Shown: piece by piece, positions 18,301-27,337 of the stretch
Numbering within the stretch: position 1 is the stretch's first letter
How the letters are laid out: each line of letters opens with the position of its first letter
Source of the DNA: a virus
Lineage: Duplodnaviria; Caudoviricetes
IMG/VR virus record: IMGVR_UViG_3300032373_000067
Span: 1 to 35,140 of that record
DNA: 35,140 nucleotides
Reading direction: 5' to 3' (one strand)
Program-made: the position numbers and the translations under genes
The notes under the pieces: model-generated
Told to the model about the DNA's origin: nothing
Database searches by the model: none
Seen by the model: only the letters and a program-made list of their open reading frames with translations

Positions 18301-18813
18301 ATGGCTATAGATAATAATTATATAAACGGAACAGATCAATTAATATATATTGATTATGGGGAAGGTTTTTTCCCTGTAGGTGCTTTAACTTCAAATTCGT
18401 TTGAAGAGAGTTCAAACACAATATCAACAACAACAAGAGACAATCAAGGGTGGGAAACTCAACAAATCACAAATCAAAACTATATAATCAATTTTGACGG
18501 ATTAGTGATTAACACTATTTACACTAAAGGGGATTTTGATAAAATTAGTTATGATAGATTAAAAATAATAAAAAGAGATCGACAGATTATTGATTGGAAA
18601 ATACAAGATAATAATTTACAATTTATTGAAAGCGGTCAAGCTCAAATAACAGATTTAGCATCAGAAGGAAATATAGACGAGTATGTTTTATTTAGTTGCA
18701 CAATGTTGGGTTATGGCAAACCATCAAGTACAAGTGGAAGAGCTTACATATTGCAGGATGGAAGAGAAAATAATTTACAAGACGGAGATAACAATAACTT
18801 AATAACAGGATAA
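18301..18813 (+). CDS. Second tail-tube-like protein
   Basis: Its pattern parallels 13507..13944 (ING, P[VI], SN, TT[RK], F[DE]G, FS.T..G.GKP). Confidence 0.65.
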   Translation: MAIDNNYINGTDQLIYIDYGEGFFPVGALTSNSFEESSNTISTTTRDNQGWETQQITNQNYIINFDGLVINTIYTKGDFDKISYDRLKIIKRDRQIIDWKIQDNNLQFIESGQAQITDLASEGNIDEYVLFSCTMLGYGKPSSTSGRAYILQDGRENNLQDGDNNNLITG

Positions 18814-20702
18814 TGAGTACAGCAGTAACAGGGGTGGATTTTAACGAACTAGCACCAAAGCCAAGTATTTTGGTAAATGATTTAATTGCGATGTCGGATT
18901 CAAATGGTTTGGCATATAGTGTAAACACGCAGGAATTACAGGTTTTTTTAAATACAATAGGAGTAGTTTCTTATCAGGGAGTTTTGCTGGCTGCTGATTC
19001 AGCGGTTACACAAGACGGTATTTATTTAGCAGGTGACAGCGGAACATATACTAATAACGGAGGTTTAGTTGTTGACATCAATAATAATTTTGTTTTGATA
19101 TCAATTACAGAAACGCAAACGGTATTTACACAAGTAGAGATTCCGTTAAATATTGTTTTTGATGCAGTACCGAAAGAAGGAAGCACCAAGGCAGTAGAAA
19201 GCGGCGGCGTTTTTAGTAAGGATTATATCACAATAGATGTAGACAACGATTGTTTTAATGGTGATTTTCAAAGTGGAACATCAGGGTTAGGGTATTTTTC
19301 ATTGACAGCTTCTATTGAAACAGGTGATTTTAAAGTAGGTACTCAATGCTTAAAAGCAACCACAACAAGTGACGGTTTATCTTCATGGTCAAAAACGTAT
19401 AACTCAACTGCGGTAGGGGATAAATTATTTATGGGCTTTTGGACTAAAAACGGAACTACAGACAATATAAGAGATTATATTTACGGATCTGTTTCTTCTA
19501 CTTATATACTAGGAAGTACTAGAACAATTCCAGAAAGTGATTGGGTTTGGGTATCTTATTATCTCGAGACAGAAGCAGTAGAATCTATTTATTTACGTCC
19601 TCAATTTGGAACTTTAACAGGTGATTATAGATTATTCGACGGGGTTACGGTTATTAATTTAACCGAGGCTTTTGGAGCAGGAAAAGAACCCACTAAGGAG
19701 GATATGGATAATTTAGTTTTCGATAATGGAAACTACATAGGAGATACTACTCCTTTAAAATATACTCAATTTACAGAATCGGCTTCATCAACAAGTTCTG
19801 AGAATACAGATGTTGCTTCAATGGTTTGTGCGGTTGTTGATTTAGAAGGTGACGAAATTACCATGTATAGTAAGGTGAGTAAAAGAAAAACAGTTTTTTG
19901 GGTTATCAAAAAGTTTGGAGTAAATGACGCTATGCAAATGTATTCTTATGGATGGTTTTATAGCGACAACGGAAGCACACCACAACCACCAGAGCCATAC
20001 GACACGGTTACAACTATTGGAGCAGGTGCTGACTACATAGGATCGGTTAAAATTGCCTTAACTACAGGAGGTGATTCAGGTACAGAAGCTTTTACAGGTG
20101 GAAATCATTCTATAGGAGGTGTACCCACGTCAGAAAATATCGGTTATTCTGTATTTAAAAACAACGGTATTGAAATAACAACATCAGGAACTTACTTGTG
20201 CCAAAGCTTGACTATTGACGTAGGATTGAATATTAAAGGCTATAACACGATGGATGCAGGTACATTTATCATGAAACAGTTATTTAACTATACTTTTTAT
20301 TCAGGAACATTATCAGTAGGGTTAAACTTTGTTCCTTTAGACACTATTGATGTGATTTTAATATACGGAATTCAATGTAATGTATCAGGAGGTAACTGGG
20401 ATAATATTAAATTCATTAATGGAGAAAACCCTGCTACACAAACATTGGCTTTTAATCTTAATTCAGGTGAAAAAGGTTTGTATCCAATAAATCATGTAGT
20501 AGTAAGCACAACGGAAGGCGACTCTATACGCTTAACGATTGATCAAAATGTAGGGCTAGGAAAAAAAGAAAAAGTAAGCAATACGGCATATCCTTTTCAT
20601 ACATCAGGACAAGAAGTTTACGCGACTGTTTTTAATGAGCAAGAAACTTTTGCAGTAGGCGACACAAGTTTAAGGTTTAAGGCTATTTACGATTTAAAAT
20701 AA
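18813..20702 (+). CDS. Tail fibre / receptor-binding protein (putative)
   Basis: Last tail gene; Gly/Thr/Ser-rich; central carbohydrate-binding-like segment ending INLTEAFGAGKEPT. Confidence 0.6.
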   Translation: MSTAVTGVDFNELAPKPSILVNDLIAMSDSNGLAYSVNTQELQVFLNTIGVVSYQGVLLAADSAVTQDGIYLAGDSGTYTNNGGLVVDINNNFVLISITETQTVFTQVEIPLNIVFDAVPKEGSTKAVESGGVFSKDYITIDVDNDCFNGDFQSGTSGLGYFSLTASIETGDFKVGTQCLKATTTSDGLSSWSKTYNSTAVGDKLFMGFWTKNGTTDNIRDYIYGSVSSTYILGSTRTIPESDWVWVSYYLETEAVESIYLRPQFGTLTGDYRLFDGVTVINLTEAFGAGKEPTKEDMDNLVFDNGNYIGDTTPLKYTQFTESASSTSSENTDVASMVCAVVDLEGDEITMYSKVSKRKTVFWVIKKFGVNDAMQMYSYGWFYSDNGSTPQPPEPYDTVTTIGAGADYIGSVKIALTTGGDSGTEAFTGGNHSIGGVPTSENIGYSVFKNNGIEITTSGTYLCQSLTIDVGLNIKGYNTMDAGTFIMKQLFNYTFYSGTLSVGLNFVPLDTIDVILIYGIQCNVSGGNWDNIKFINGENPATQTLAFNLNSGEKGLYPINHVVVSTTEGDSIRLTIDQNVGLGKKEKVSNTAYPFHTSGQEVYATVFNEQETFAVGDTSLRFKAIYDLK

Positions 20703-20787
20703 ACAAATATTGATTCAAATAGTAGGTACTACGTAGTTACTACGAGGTTAAAATAAAATTTTGTATTTTTGGGTAAAACCTGATAAT

Positions 20788-21399
20788 ATGATTAAAATAA
20801 CAAACGAGTGTAACATGAAATTGATGGCTAGATATCCTGATAATTATTTTGATTTAGCTATTGTAGACCCTCCTTATGGGATTAATATAAACGAAAGTAT
20901 AGGAAGAAGAAAAGGTATGAAACATAGCGGACATAAAAAAGCCGTTTGGGATAACGAAATACCAACTGAAGAATATTTTACAGAATTATTTAGAGTGTCT
21001 AAAAACCAAATTGTTTGGGGTGCTAATTACTTTAATATGCCACCAACAAAATGTTTTATTATATGGGATAAAAAATATTCTGAAGATGTTACTTTTAGTA
21101 GATATGAATATGCTTGGGCATCATTTAATAAAACAAGTAAAGGGTTTGAATTTAACGGACAAGCGAATAAAGGCAAAACACACCCAACACAAAAACCAAT
21201 AAAATTATACGAATGGATTTTAATGAATTACGCTCAAGAAGGAAATAAGATACTTGACACGCATTTAGGAAGCGGTACAATAGCAATAGCGTGTGATAAA
21301 TTAGGATTTGATTTAACAGCTTGTGAATTAGACGAAGATTATTACAAATCCGCAATGAAAAGATTAAAAGAACATCAACAGCAACTAGTAATGTTTTAA
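20788..21399 (+). CDS. DNA N6-adenine/N4-cytosine methyltransferase (beta-class motif order)
   Basis: DPPY precedes HPTQKP and LDTHLGSGT. Start moved to ATG 20788. Confidence 0.92.
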   Translation: MIKITNECNMKLMARYPDNYFDLAIVDPPYGININESIGRRKGMKHSGHKKAVWDNEIPTEEYFTELFRVSKNQIVWGANYFNMPPTKCFIIWDKKYSEDVTFSRYEYAWASFNKTSKGFEFNGQANKGKTHPTQKPIKLYEWILMNYAQEGNKILDTHLGSGTIAIACDKLGFDLTACELDEDYYKSAMKRLKEHQQQLVMF

Positions 21400-21420
21400 C
21401 AACAAATAAAAACAATTAAA

Positions 21421-21567
21421 ATGACAAAACAAGAAATTAACGAGATTGAAGTAGTACACAATATTATTACATGGAAAATGCAATGCGACGATCCAGAAGA
21501 TAGAGAAGAAGAAAAAGAGATAGACGAAGGCGACGACCTAGTAGGTACTAGACCAGACGACAGATAA
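21421..21567 (+). CDS. Small acidic protein (48 aa, ends LVGTRPDDR)
   Basis: Translated by hand; A-rich leader; abuts the next gene. Confidence 0.6.
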   Translation: MTKQEINEIEVVHNIITWKMQCDDPEDREEEKEIDEGDDLVGTRPDDR

Positions 21568-21569
21568 CA

Positions 21570-21884
21570 ATGAATAAAAAATGGATATTATATATCGGGT
21601 TAATAATTGGCGTTCTAACGTACCTTTTTTGGGAGCATTTTCCAAAGGGTACGTTTTATAAAGGAAACGCCTTATTTGTACTCTCTATATGTTTATATTT
21701 GTTTTTAAATGACACGAAAAGCTTCATTAAGTATGTCCTCCTTTGCCTTTCGTTAAACAACTTAATCGATGAGCTATTTTTAGATCCCACAAAATTAAAT
21801 TGGAGTGAGATTTTAACATGTATAGCTATTGTCGTTTTTGCTTTAATAAGAAACAAGAATGCAAAAAAACCCCCATTTATTTGA
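21570..21884 (+). CDS. Membrane protein of the lysis region
   Basis: Three to four hydrophobic segments. Confidence 0.7.
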   Translation: MNKKWILYIGLIIGVLTYLFWEHFPKGTFYKGNALFVLSICLYLFLNDTKSFIKYVLLCLSLNNLIDELFLDPTKLNWSEILTCIAIVVFALIRNKNAKKPPFI

Positions 21885-22203
21885 AGAGGCTTATGAGTTT
21901 TTATTTAAAATAATGATACCTGCTTTTGTGGGTATTGCTGCAAAGGTGGCTATACAAATGAAAAACGAAAAATTAAGTATAGGCAGGGTAGTAATAAGTT
22001 TTATTGCAGGTGTTTCTTGCGCTTATTTCGCCTTTCCATTGATTGAAAATATTAGTAGTAAGGAATATTTACCTGCATTTGTTGGGCTTACTGCGATTAG
22101 TGGCGAGAAGATAACAGAATGGGTTGTATACAAATTTAAGATAGATATCTTCCTAGGAGCTTTTGCTGACTTTTTATTAGATAAGATTAGAAACAAAAAA
22201 TAA
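21859..22203 (+). CDS. Holin (putative)
   Basis: About three TM segments; coupled to the endolysin gene. Confidence 0.65.
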   Translation: MQKNPHLFEEAYEFLFKIMIPAFVGIAAKVAIQMKNEKLSIGRVVISFIAGVSCAYFAFPLIENISSKEYLPAFVGLTAISGEKITEWVVYKFKIDIFLGAFADFLLDKIRNKK

Positions 22204-22652
22204 TGTATACATTCGGAACAAAAAGCAAAGAGAAACTAAATACCTGTCATATTGATTTACAGAAGATAATGGAATTAGTTATCTCACGTAGTAAAATAGA
22301 TTTTGGGATATCTGAAGGTCATAGAACGATTGGAAGGCAGAAACAACTTTTCGATGAAGGCAAGTCGAAGATTGACGGAATTAATCGATTAGGAAAGCAT
22401 AATCACAATCCTAGTGAAGCTGTAGATATTTACGCTTATCATTCTGATTTAGAAACTAGACGTAAAATAGCATACGACAAGGCTCATTTATCTTATATCG
22501 CTGGATTAGTAGATTCATGCGCATTGGAACTTTTAAAAAAAGGAGAGATTACCCATTCAATAAGATGGGGTGCAAACTGGGATAGTGACGGAGTAATTGG
22601 TTTAGATCAATCATTCGATGACTTTCCACATTTTGAATTAAAAAAAGTATAA
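22203..22652 (+). CDS. Endolysin, peptidase M15 (L-Ala-D-Glu peptidase-like)
   Basis: EGHRT..RQ, KH, AVD, RWG..W and D.PHFEL motifs. Confidence 0.9.
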   Translation: MYTFGTKSKEKLNTCHIDLQKIMELVISRSKIDFGISEGHRTIGRQKQLFDEGKSKIDGINRLGKHNHNPSEAVDIYAYHSDLETRRKIAYDKAHLSYIAGLVDSCALELLKKGEITHSIRWGANWDSDGVIGLDQSFDDFPHFELKKV

Positions 22653-22654
22653 TC

Positions 22655-23155
22655 ATGAGTGATAATCCAAAACTAAGAAAAAACGGAGGAAAAGGAACTT
22701 TCTTTGGAAGAGTTTTAAAAGGAATTGGTTCTGTTGGAAAAATGGTAAGTCCTAATTTAATCGGAGCGATAACAGATGCAACAGGATTGACAGATGTAGC
22801 TGCTATAACAGGACTAATTAATAAAGAAGAAGGATTGTCTCAACAGGACAAAGAAATGCTTTTAAAAGAGCTAGAACAGGACGTTATCGAAATGCAAGAA
22901 GTTACTAAAAGATGGCAGAGCGATATGATGAGTGATAGTTGGTTGAGTAAAAACATAAGACCTTTATCATTGGCTTTTTTAACCATATCTTTATTTGTGT
23001 ATGTAATACTAGATAGTTCAATGTCTAGTTTTGAGGTAAAAAATGAATGGGTAGATTTGCTTTCTAGTTTGTTGCTGTTGGTTTATGGAGGTTACTTTGG
23101 AACTAGAGCAGTTGAAAAGATAACAAAAATACGACAGAACTCGAATAATAAGTAG
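22655..23155 (+). CDS. Holin-like membrane protein (GTA 3TM holin-like)
   Basis: RW.SD..SDSWL.KNIRP followed by TM helices and YFGTR. Confidence 0.7.
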   Translation: MSDNPKLRKNGGKGTFFGRVLKGIGSVGKMVSPNLIGAITDATGLTDVAAITGLINKEEGLSQQDKEMLLKELEQDVIEMQEVTKRWQSDMMSDSWLSKNIRPLSLAFLTISLFVYVILDSSMSSFEVKNEWVDLLSSLLLLVYGGYFGTRAVEKITKIRQNSNNK

Positions 23156-23208
23156 AAAACTATATTTTAGTTTCAGGAACAAATACAGATTAATTCTGTA
23201 ATCTTATC

Positions 23209-23239
23209 AAAAGCTTAGTGATTCGTCGCTGAGCTTTTT
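23209..23239 (+). terminator. Bidirectional terminator between convergent operons
   Basis: AAAAGCTTAGTGA-TTCG-TCGCTGAGCTTTTT. Confidence 0.85.
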
Positions 23240-23253
23240 GGGTTTTATAAAAA

Positions 23254-23520
23254 TCAGTCCGATCCTTTTTCAAAGTTTGGTATTGGTTTGCTATTATCTT
23301 TTGCTGTTTCTTCCATCATAGCTAAAAACTCATCCATTTTTTCAAGACTTGGCTTTTCTTTATTAATCTCTTCTTGTGCTATTAAGTGTAGTAAGTGCAT
23401 ATCGCTTTTAGTTACTAAACAATCAAACGCTTTACATATAGTATGTTGCATTTCAAAAGCAGCAACGCTAATAGTAAAAAATTGTTTCAGCACTTTTATT
23501 TTCTTTTGTTTTTCTGCCAT
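23254..23520 (-). CDS. Hypothetical protein
   Basis: 88 aa ORF preceded by the repeated leader. Confidence 0.7.
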   Translation of the reverse strand: MAEKQKKIKVLKQFFTISVAAFEMQHTICKAFDCLVTKSDMHLLHLIAQEEINKEKPSLEKMDEFLAMMEETAKDNSKPIPNFEKGSD

Positions 23521-23572
23521 AATTTTATTCTTTAGTTTTTATGTAGATGTACGCAATTGTGTATCCCCGTTT

Positions 23573-24045
23573 GTTAGCGTTCATTTGCCACTACTTAAAT
23601 CAGGTTCAGGAGAACCATTACGTTCTAATACATACCCATCTGAACGTAAATACTTATGTCGTTCATCTTGTTTTTTCATAACGTAATCATAAAATGCCTT
23701 ATAGCTTTTTTCATCTGACGGTTTAAACATATCTGATGCAGTATCAATATCATCTAACAACCCCCATAGTATTTTAGATATTGGTTTAAACTGATGCTCA
23801 CAAGCAGCAACATCAAGTTCTCCTGTCCATTCTATATGCTTATCATTATTTCGTGTTCCAGTTTGTACTTCTTCATCTGTGTCAGAAGCAATAAACGTAC
23901 AGTTTGTTGCTGTATTTAATAGTATTGTTTTGCCTGATTTTATCTTATTCATTTTATTTAGTTTTACTGCCAACGCTCAAAAACGAACGCTAACAAGGTT
24001 TAAAATTAATTGCTCATGCCTCACCCGAGATTTTACACAGGTAGT
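23573..24045 (-). mobile_element. attC-like cassette on the minus strand
   Basis: GTTAGCGTTCATTT (23573) pairs with AAACGAACGCTAAC (23981-23994), 13/14. The adjacent arm carries a GAGGCATGAG loop. Confidence 0.7.
23581..23952 (-). CDS. Hypothetical protein (cassette cargo; start moved to MNKIKSG)
   Basis: The ORF fills the inverted-repeat-bounded segment. Confidence 0.65.
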   Translation of the reverse strand: MNKIKSGKTILLNTATNCTFIASDTDEEVQTGTRNNDKHIEWTGELDVAACEHQFKPISKILWGLLDDIDTASDMFKPSDEKSYKAFYDYVMKKQDERHKYLRSDGYVLERNGSPEPDLSSGK

Positions 24046-24048
24046 CAC

Positions 24049-24258
24049 CTAATCATCTCTAAGCATATCCTTTAAAGAAACATTAAACAATGTAGCACAC
24101 CTCCCAAGCGTGTCAAGTGAAATCTTACCCCTTAATCTATGAGATAGTTTAGACTGGGTTAAACCTAACTTTTTAGCCAGTTCTTTATCTGTTTTTATTC
24201 CTTTCTTAGCCATGTAAAGATCTATGTTTGTGTAGGCTCTTTGTATTTTATCACTCAT
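24049..24258 (-). CDS. XRE/Cro-CI family HTH regulator
   Basis: KELAKKLGLTQSKLSHRLRG..SLDTL...A..FNVS pattern. Confidence 0.85.
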   Translation of the reverse strand: MSDKIQRAYTNIDLYMAKKGIKTDKELAKKLGLTQSKLSHRLRGKISLDTLGRCATLFNVSLKDMLRDD

Positions 24259-24273
24259 GATTTTGTTTTTATG

Positions 24274-24507
24274 TTAATAGCGGATATACATCCAGTCATT
24301 AGTTAACTCTACTAAGTTTTCTATGCTGTAATACTGCTTACAGTCTATTCCTTTGCTTGTTACTTTGGTATGATATAATTCCAAACTGCTTGAAGTTATA
24401 TCTGTTATTTGATTATCTCTTTGGTGCTTAATATCTCGTATAGTATCACTTATTTTTAAGGTTTCAAACCACCTCAAACACTTTTCTGTTTTCTCCTGTC
24501 TATTCAT
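24274..24507 (-). CDS. Hypothetical protein
   Basis: 77 aa ORF preceded by the repeated leader. Confidence 0.7.
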   Translation of the reverse strand: MNRQEKTEKCLRWFETLKISDTIRDIKHQRDNQITDITSSSLELYHTKVTSKGIDCKQYYSIENLVELTNDWMYIRY

Positions 24508-24565
24508 GATTTTATTCTTTAGTTTTTATGTGGATGTACGTAATTGTTTATGTCTCTTGTTAGCA

Positions 24566-24748
24566 TTAATAACCGCCAAGATCATGGTCTCTGCCTAAAT
24601 ACTTTAGAGGTATAGTCTTAAAATATCCTCTACTTGTTAAGAATACCGCATTAACCACCTTGTCTATTACTACGTAATTTATTATTTCACCACACAACCC
24701 TCGCAGTATATCTAAATCGTCATTACTTTCTATTACTATTGCTTTCAT
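24566..24748 (-). CDS. Hypothetical protein (start moved to MKAIVIES)
   Basis: A promoter box lies inside the longer track ORF. Confidence 0.6.
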   Translation of the reverse strand: MKAIVIESNDDLDILRGLCGEIINYVVIDKVVNAVFLTSRGYFKTIPLKYLGRDHDLGGY

Positions 24749-24771
24749 AATATTTACGTTTTTATTTACCC

Positions 24772-24861
24772 CAAAGGTAATGCTTTTTTTAATTAAATCA
24801 ATATAAAACTTCAATTAATTTGTAATTGGTATCAATTATATGAAATATTTGTGTATCTTTG
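24772..24861. promoter_or_regulatory. Divergent promoter pair
   Basis: TACCTTTG on the minus strand (24772-24779), TATCTTTG on the plus strand (24854-24861), and palindrome TAATTG-N4-CAATTA at 24823-24838. Confidence 0.7.
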
Positions 24862-24905
24862 ACGAAGTGAAACAAACGAGTATAAACAAATTAAATTTTA
24901 ACGAC

Positions 24906-25232
24906 ATGGAATTAAAAAAAGGAGATAGGGTTTACAGGTGCTACCGAGGAACGCCAACTCATGTTTTAACAATTGAAAGAACTACAAAAACACAGGCAAT
25001 AGCGAAAAATTATAAATTTAGAAAAGAATACTCCAAACACGTATACATCCGTGTTGTTGGTGAAAGTTCTTATTCTAAGGCAAGTTACTGTTTAGAAACA
25101 CCTGAGTTGAAAGCAAAACTCAGAAGAGTGAATATGATTAGAAAGTTAGAATCTGTAAAATTTAAGGATTTAGAAGATAGTAAGTTACGGGAATTACTTA
25201 ATTGTTTGAAACAATCGGACACACACAATTAA
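24906..25232 (+). CDS. Hypothetical protein (start moved to MELKKGD)
   Basis: First ATG downstream of the plus-strand promoter box. Confidence 0.7.
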   Translation: MELKKGDRVYRCYRGTPTHVLTIERTTKTQAIAKNYKFRKEYSKHVYIRVVGESSYSKASYCLETPELKAKLRRVNMIRKLESVKFKDLEDSKLRELLNCLKQSDTHN

Positions 25233-25258
25233 GCACCCACTAACATAAAGGTTTAAAA

Positions 25259-25414
25259 ATGATACAGATAAAAGACAAAGTAAATAAAACACAACTTTTT
25301 AAGGAACTCACAAAAATTGGCAAAAAAAGATTTGAGTTTACTTGTGAGCCTGATGAAGATTTAAAGGTGTTTATCGATGGAGCAGAGCAACTTTTTGAAT
25401 TATTACGACTGTAA
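25259..25414 (+). CDS. Small hypothetical protein (51 aa, MIQIKDKV...)
   Basis: Translated by hand. Confidence 0.55.
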   Translation: MIQIKDKVNKTQLFKELTKIGKKRFEFTCEPDEDLKVFIDGAEQLFELLRL

Positions 25415-25442
25415 ATAAAACACTAATTAAAAACCTATAAAA

Positions 25443-25685
25443 ATGGAACATAAAAATTACGATTTAGATTTTAAAGAAGCACTTGGCATTGTGTTAGATG
25501 GTGGTGCTGTAAAAGGACAAAACTTCGTTGATGGAGTATTTTTGAAACTTAATAGTTACGGACAATTAGTAACCGTTGATGCTGCACGATTGTATGCAGA
25601 AGATGAAAGAGTTTTTATTAAAAGATTAAACCAACAAAAGTTCCGCAACTTAACGGTTATGACCATGAAAGAGCTTTGTGGTTAA
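25443..25685 (+). CDS. Hypothetical protein
   Basis: 80 aa ORF. Confidence 0.7.
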   Translation: MEHKNYDLDFKEALGIVLDGGAVKGQNFVDGVFLKLNSYGQLVTVDAARLYAEDERVFIKRLNQQKFRNLTVMTMKELCG

Positions 25686-25781
25686 ATGGGTTATTGACTT
25701 GTTTAATAAAAATCATGTTGATTATAATGGACTCATAGAAAAAGGACTAGCAATAAACAAAAACAACGTTAAAGAATAATT

Positions 25782-26084
25782 ATGAAAGACTATAGCAAAT
25801 TAAGCAAAGAACAATTGATTGATGAATTAATTTTACTAGGAGACGAAAACCTAATACTAACCTCTTTAAATGAAGGTCTTAAAAAGAAATTAGATTCATG
25901 TGACGTTAGCAAATCGTATTCTGTTGGTCAAGAGGTGATAATTTCAGATAAAAAGCACGAACATGAATTTGAAATAGGCGAAAAAGTAACATTGCTAGAA
26001 AAGTGTGAAACTGGTGAATGGAAAGCTGTAAATGATGAAAAAGAATTCTGGTGGATCGAAGAAGATGAATTCACGCGACAATAA
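25782..26084 (+). CDS. Hypothetical protein reading through an attC-like arm (LDSCDVSKS)
   Basis: GTTAGCAAATCG at 25905. Confidence 0.7.
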   Translation: MKDYSKLSKEQLIDELILLGDENLILTSLNEGLKKKLDSCDVSKSYSVGQEVIISDKKHEHEFEIGEKVTLLEKCETGEWKAVNDEKEFWWIEEDEFTRQ

Positions 26085-26157
26085 TTTAACTTTTATTTTG
26101 ACAGTAAGGATTTAATTACTATATTGCGGTGTGCAACCACAATTAAATAAAACTAAC

Positions 26158-26493
26158 ATGAATAAAAAACTAACAATTACCGACGAATCACTTAAAGAGT
26201 TATTATCAAGATGTGTTATTGATTCCGACGTCAATCATGTAGGTATTGATTATGACAACATCTTAACAGGTGAATTATTATATGCTTACAAATGGTTTGA
26301 CGGATCGGCTCAGGAAGTTAAGATTCACTTTAACAAAAAACAAGTTGAATTAACAAACGCTCAAAAAGAAATGGTTTACGACTTCATGTATAATAGAATC
26401 AGTTTTGACGAAGAAGAAGAGTTTAACAATGATTACGATTGCGTTTCTACATTAAAAGAAATGTTTCAACACGCATTTACAGAAAGGATATAA
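26158..26493 (+). CDS. Hypothetical protein
   Basis: ATG at 26158 preferred over GTG at 26131. Confidence 0.65.
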   Translation: MNKKLTITDESLKELLSRCVIDSDVNHVGIDYDNILTGELLYAYKWFDGSAQEVKIHFNKKQVELTNAQKEMVYDFMYNRISFDEEEEFNNDYDCVSTLKEMFQHAFTERI

Positions 26494-26512
26494 AAATTAA
26501 AAATACAGCAAA

Positions 26513-26709
26513 ATGGATTTTTCAGAAAAAATAAAAACAGAATGTTTACTAAATGGAGTCAAAGTTTTTTACAACGCTTGCAGTACAAGATTAGATTTGG
26601 ATTCAGCTAAAAAGTATTATCATAATTATGAATACATAGGTAGTGAAATGTTTATTTCATAAATGGAGTAAGAAATGAAAGCAAAACTTTACATCACTTT
26701 TTTAAATAA
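26513..26709 (+). pseudogene. Small ORF, possibly frameshifted
   Basis: The 49-aa ORF stops at 26662, while an alternative frame continues NVYFINGVRNESKTLHHFFK to 26709. Confidence 0.35.
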
Positions 26710-26715
26710 GAAACT

Positions 26716-26985
26716 ATGGCATTAATAGTAGGTGAAAAAATAAGCCAAGGATTATCGAATTACATATCTCTGTACACTAATACAGACGACATAAGAGACG
26801 TATGTGATATCATGGATGTTTCTATGGAAACATTAAGATCTGTTCTAAGAAGAGATAAAAAGCTAACTGAGACGAGTAAAAAGTTAGTTTATGATGTTCT
26901 TGAAAAAGCAATAGCTAAAAGACAGCGATTAAAACCGATGTTGGATTTAGCTCATATAGAAGCAGGAAATATAATCAAAAGTTAA
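26716..26985 (+). CDS. Hypothetical HTH-like protein
   Basis: DIRDVCDIMDVSMETLRSVLRR resembles an HTH. Confidence 0.65.
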   Translation: MALIVGEKISQGLSNYISLYTNTDDIRDVCDIMDVSMETLRSVLRRDKKLTETSKKLVYDVLEKAIAKRQRLKPMLDLAHIEAGNIIKS

Positions 26986-27073
26986 GTGTTTGGGGAAACC
27001 GCCACCTCTCTCAACAACCTAAAGCGATAACGGAGAGGTGGTTTTAACGCTAAATATAAGAAACGAAAAAATT

Positions 27074-27223
27074 ATGGATCAATTACCACTAGATTACAAA
27101 GTGACAATGCTTATAGCAGATTACGAAGAACTATTAACACTCTTAGAAACTGACAAACAGAAATGGCAATGGATGATAGATGATATACAGAAGCAAATAA
27201 GTGAACAATTAAAGAAAACATAA
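27074..27223 (+). CDS. Small hypothetical protein (start moved to MDQLP)
   Basis: The upstream GTG lies within a hairpin stem. Confidence 0.6.
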   Translation: MDQLPLDYKVTMLIADYEELLTLLETDKQKWQWMIDDIQKQISEQLKKT

Positions 27224-27337
27224 AAAAATAAGGTTTGGTTAGTTTCCTTTCCCGATAGTTAAACTTACGTGACAATTCATAGCTAGTCACACAACTAAAG
27301 GGAAAGGTTTTTTAACCAACGACTAAAAACATTAACC

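Larger units (their letters stand above)
23518..24564 (-). repeat. ~60-bp direct repeat (23518-23578, 24505-24564) running from a GCTAAC core to the next start codon
   Basis: Both copies read CATnATTTTATTCTTTAGTTTTTATGTnGATGTACGnAATTGTnTAT...TTGTTAGC on the plus strand. Confidence 0.9.

Noticed and set aside
18813-20702. Invertible or shufflon-type tail fibre variation
   Set aside because: No invertase, no inverted alternative C-termini and no flanking repeats were seen.
20722-20744. Short palindrome CGTAGT-T-ACTACG after the fibre gene
   Set aside because: Single short occurrence with no T tract and no second copy, so no function can be assigned.
4403-23155. Alternative genetic code, introns or inteins in core genes
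   Set aside because: Core genes translate full-length in the standard code at expected sizes.
25056-25244. GTTGGTG...CACTAAC as a confident cassette body
   Set aside because: Only a 7-bp pair with a wobble and no clear arms; kept as tentative only.
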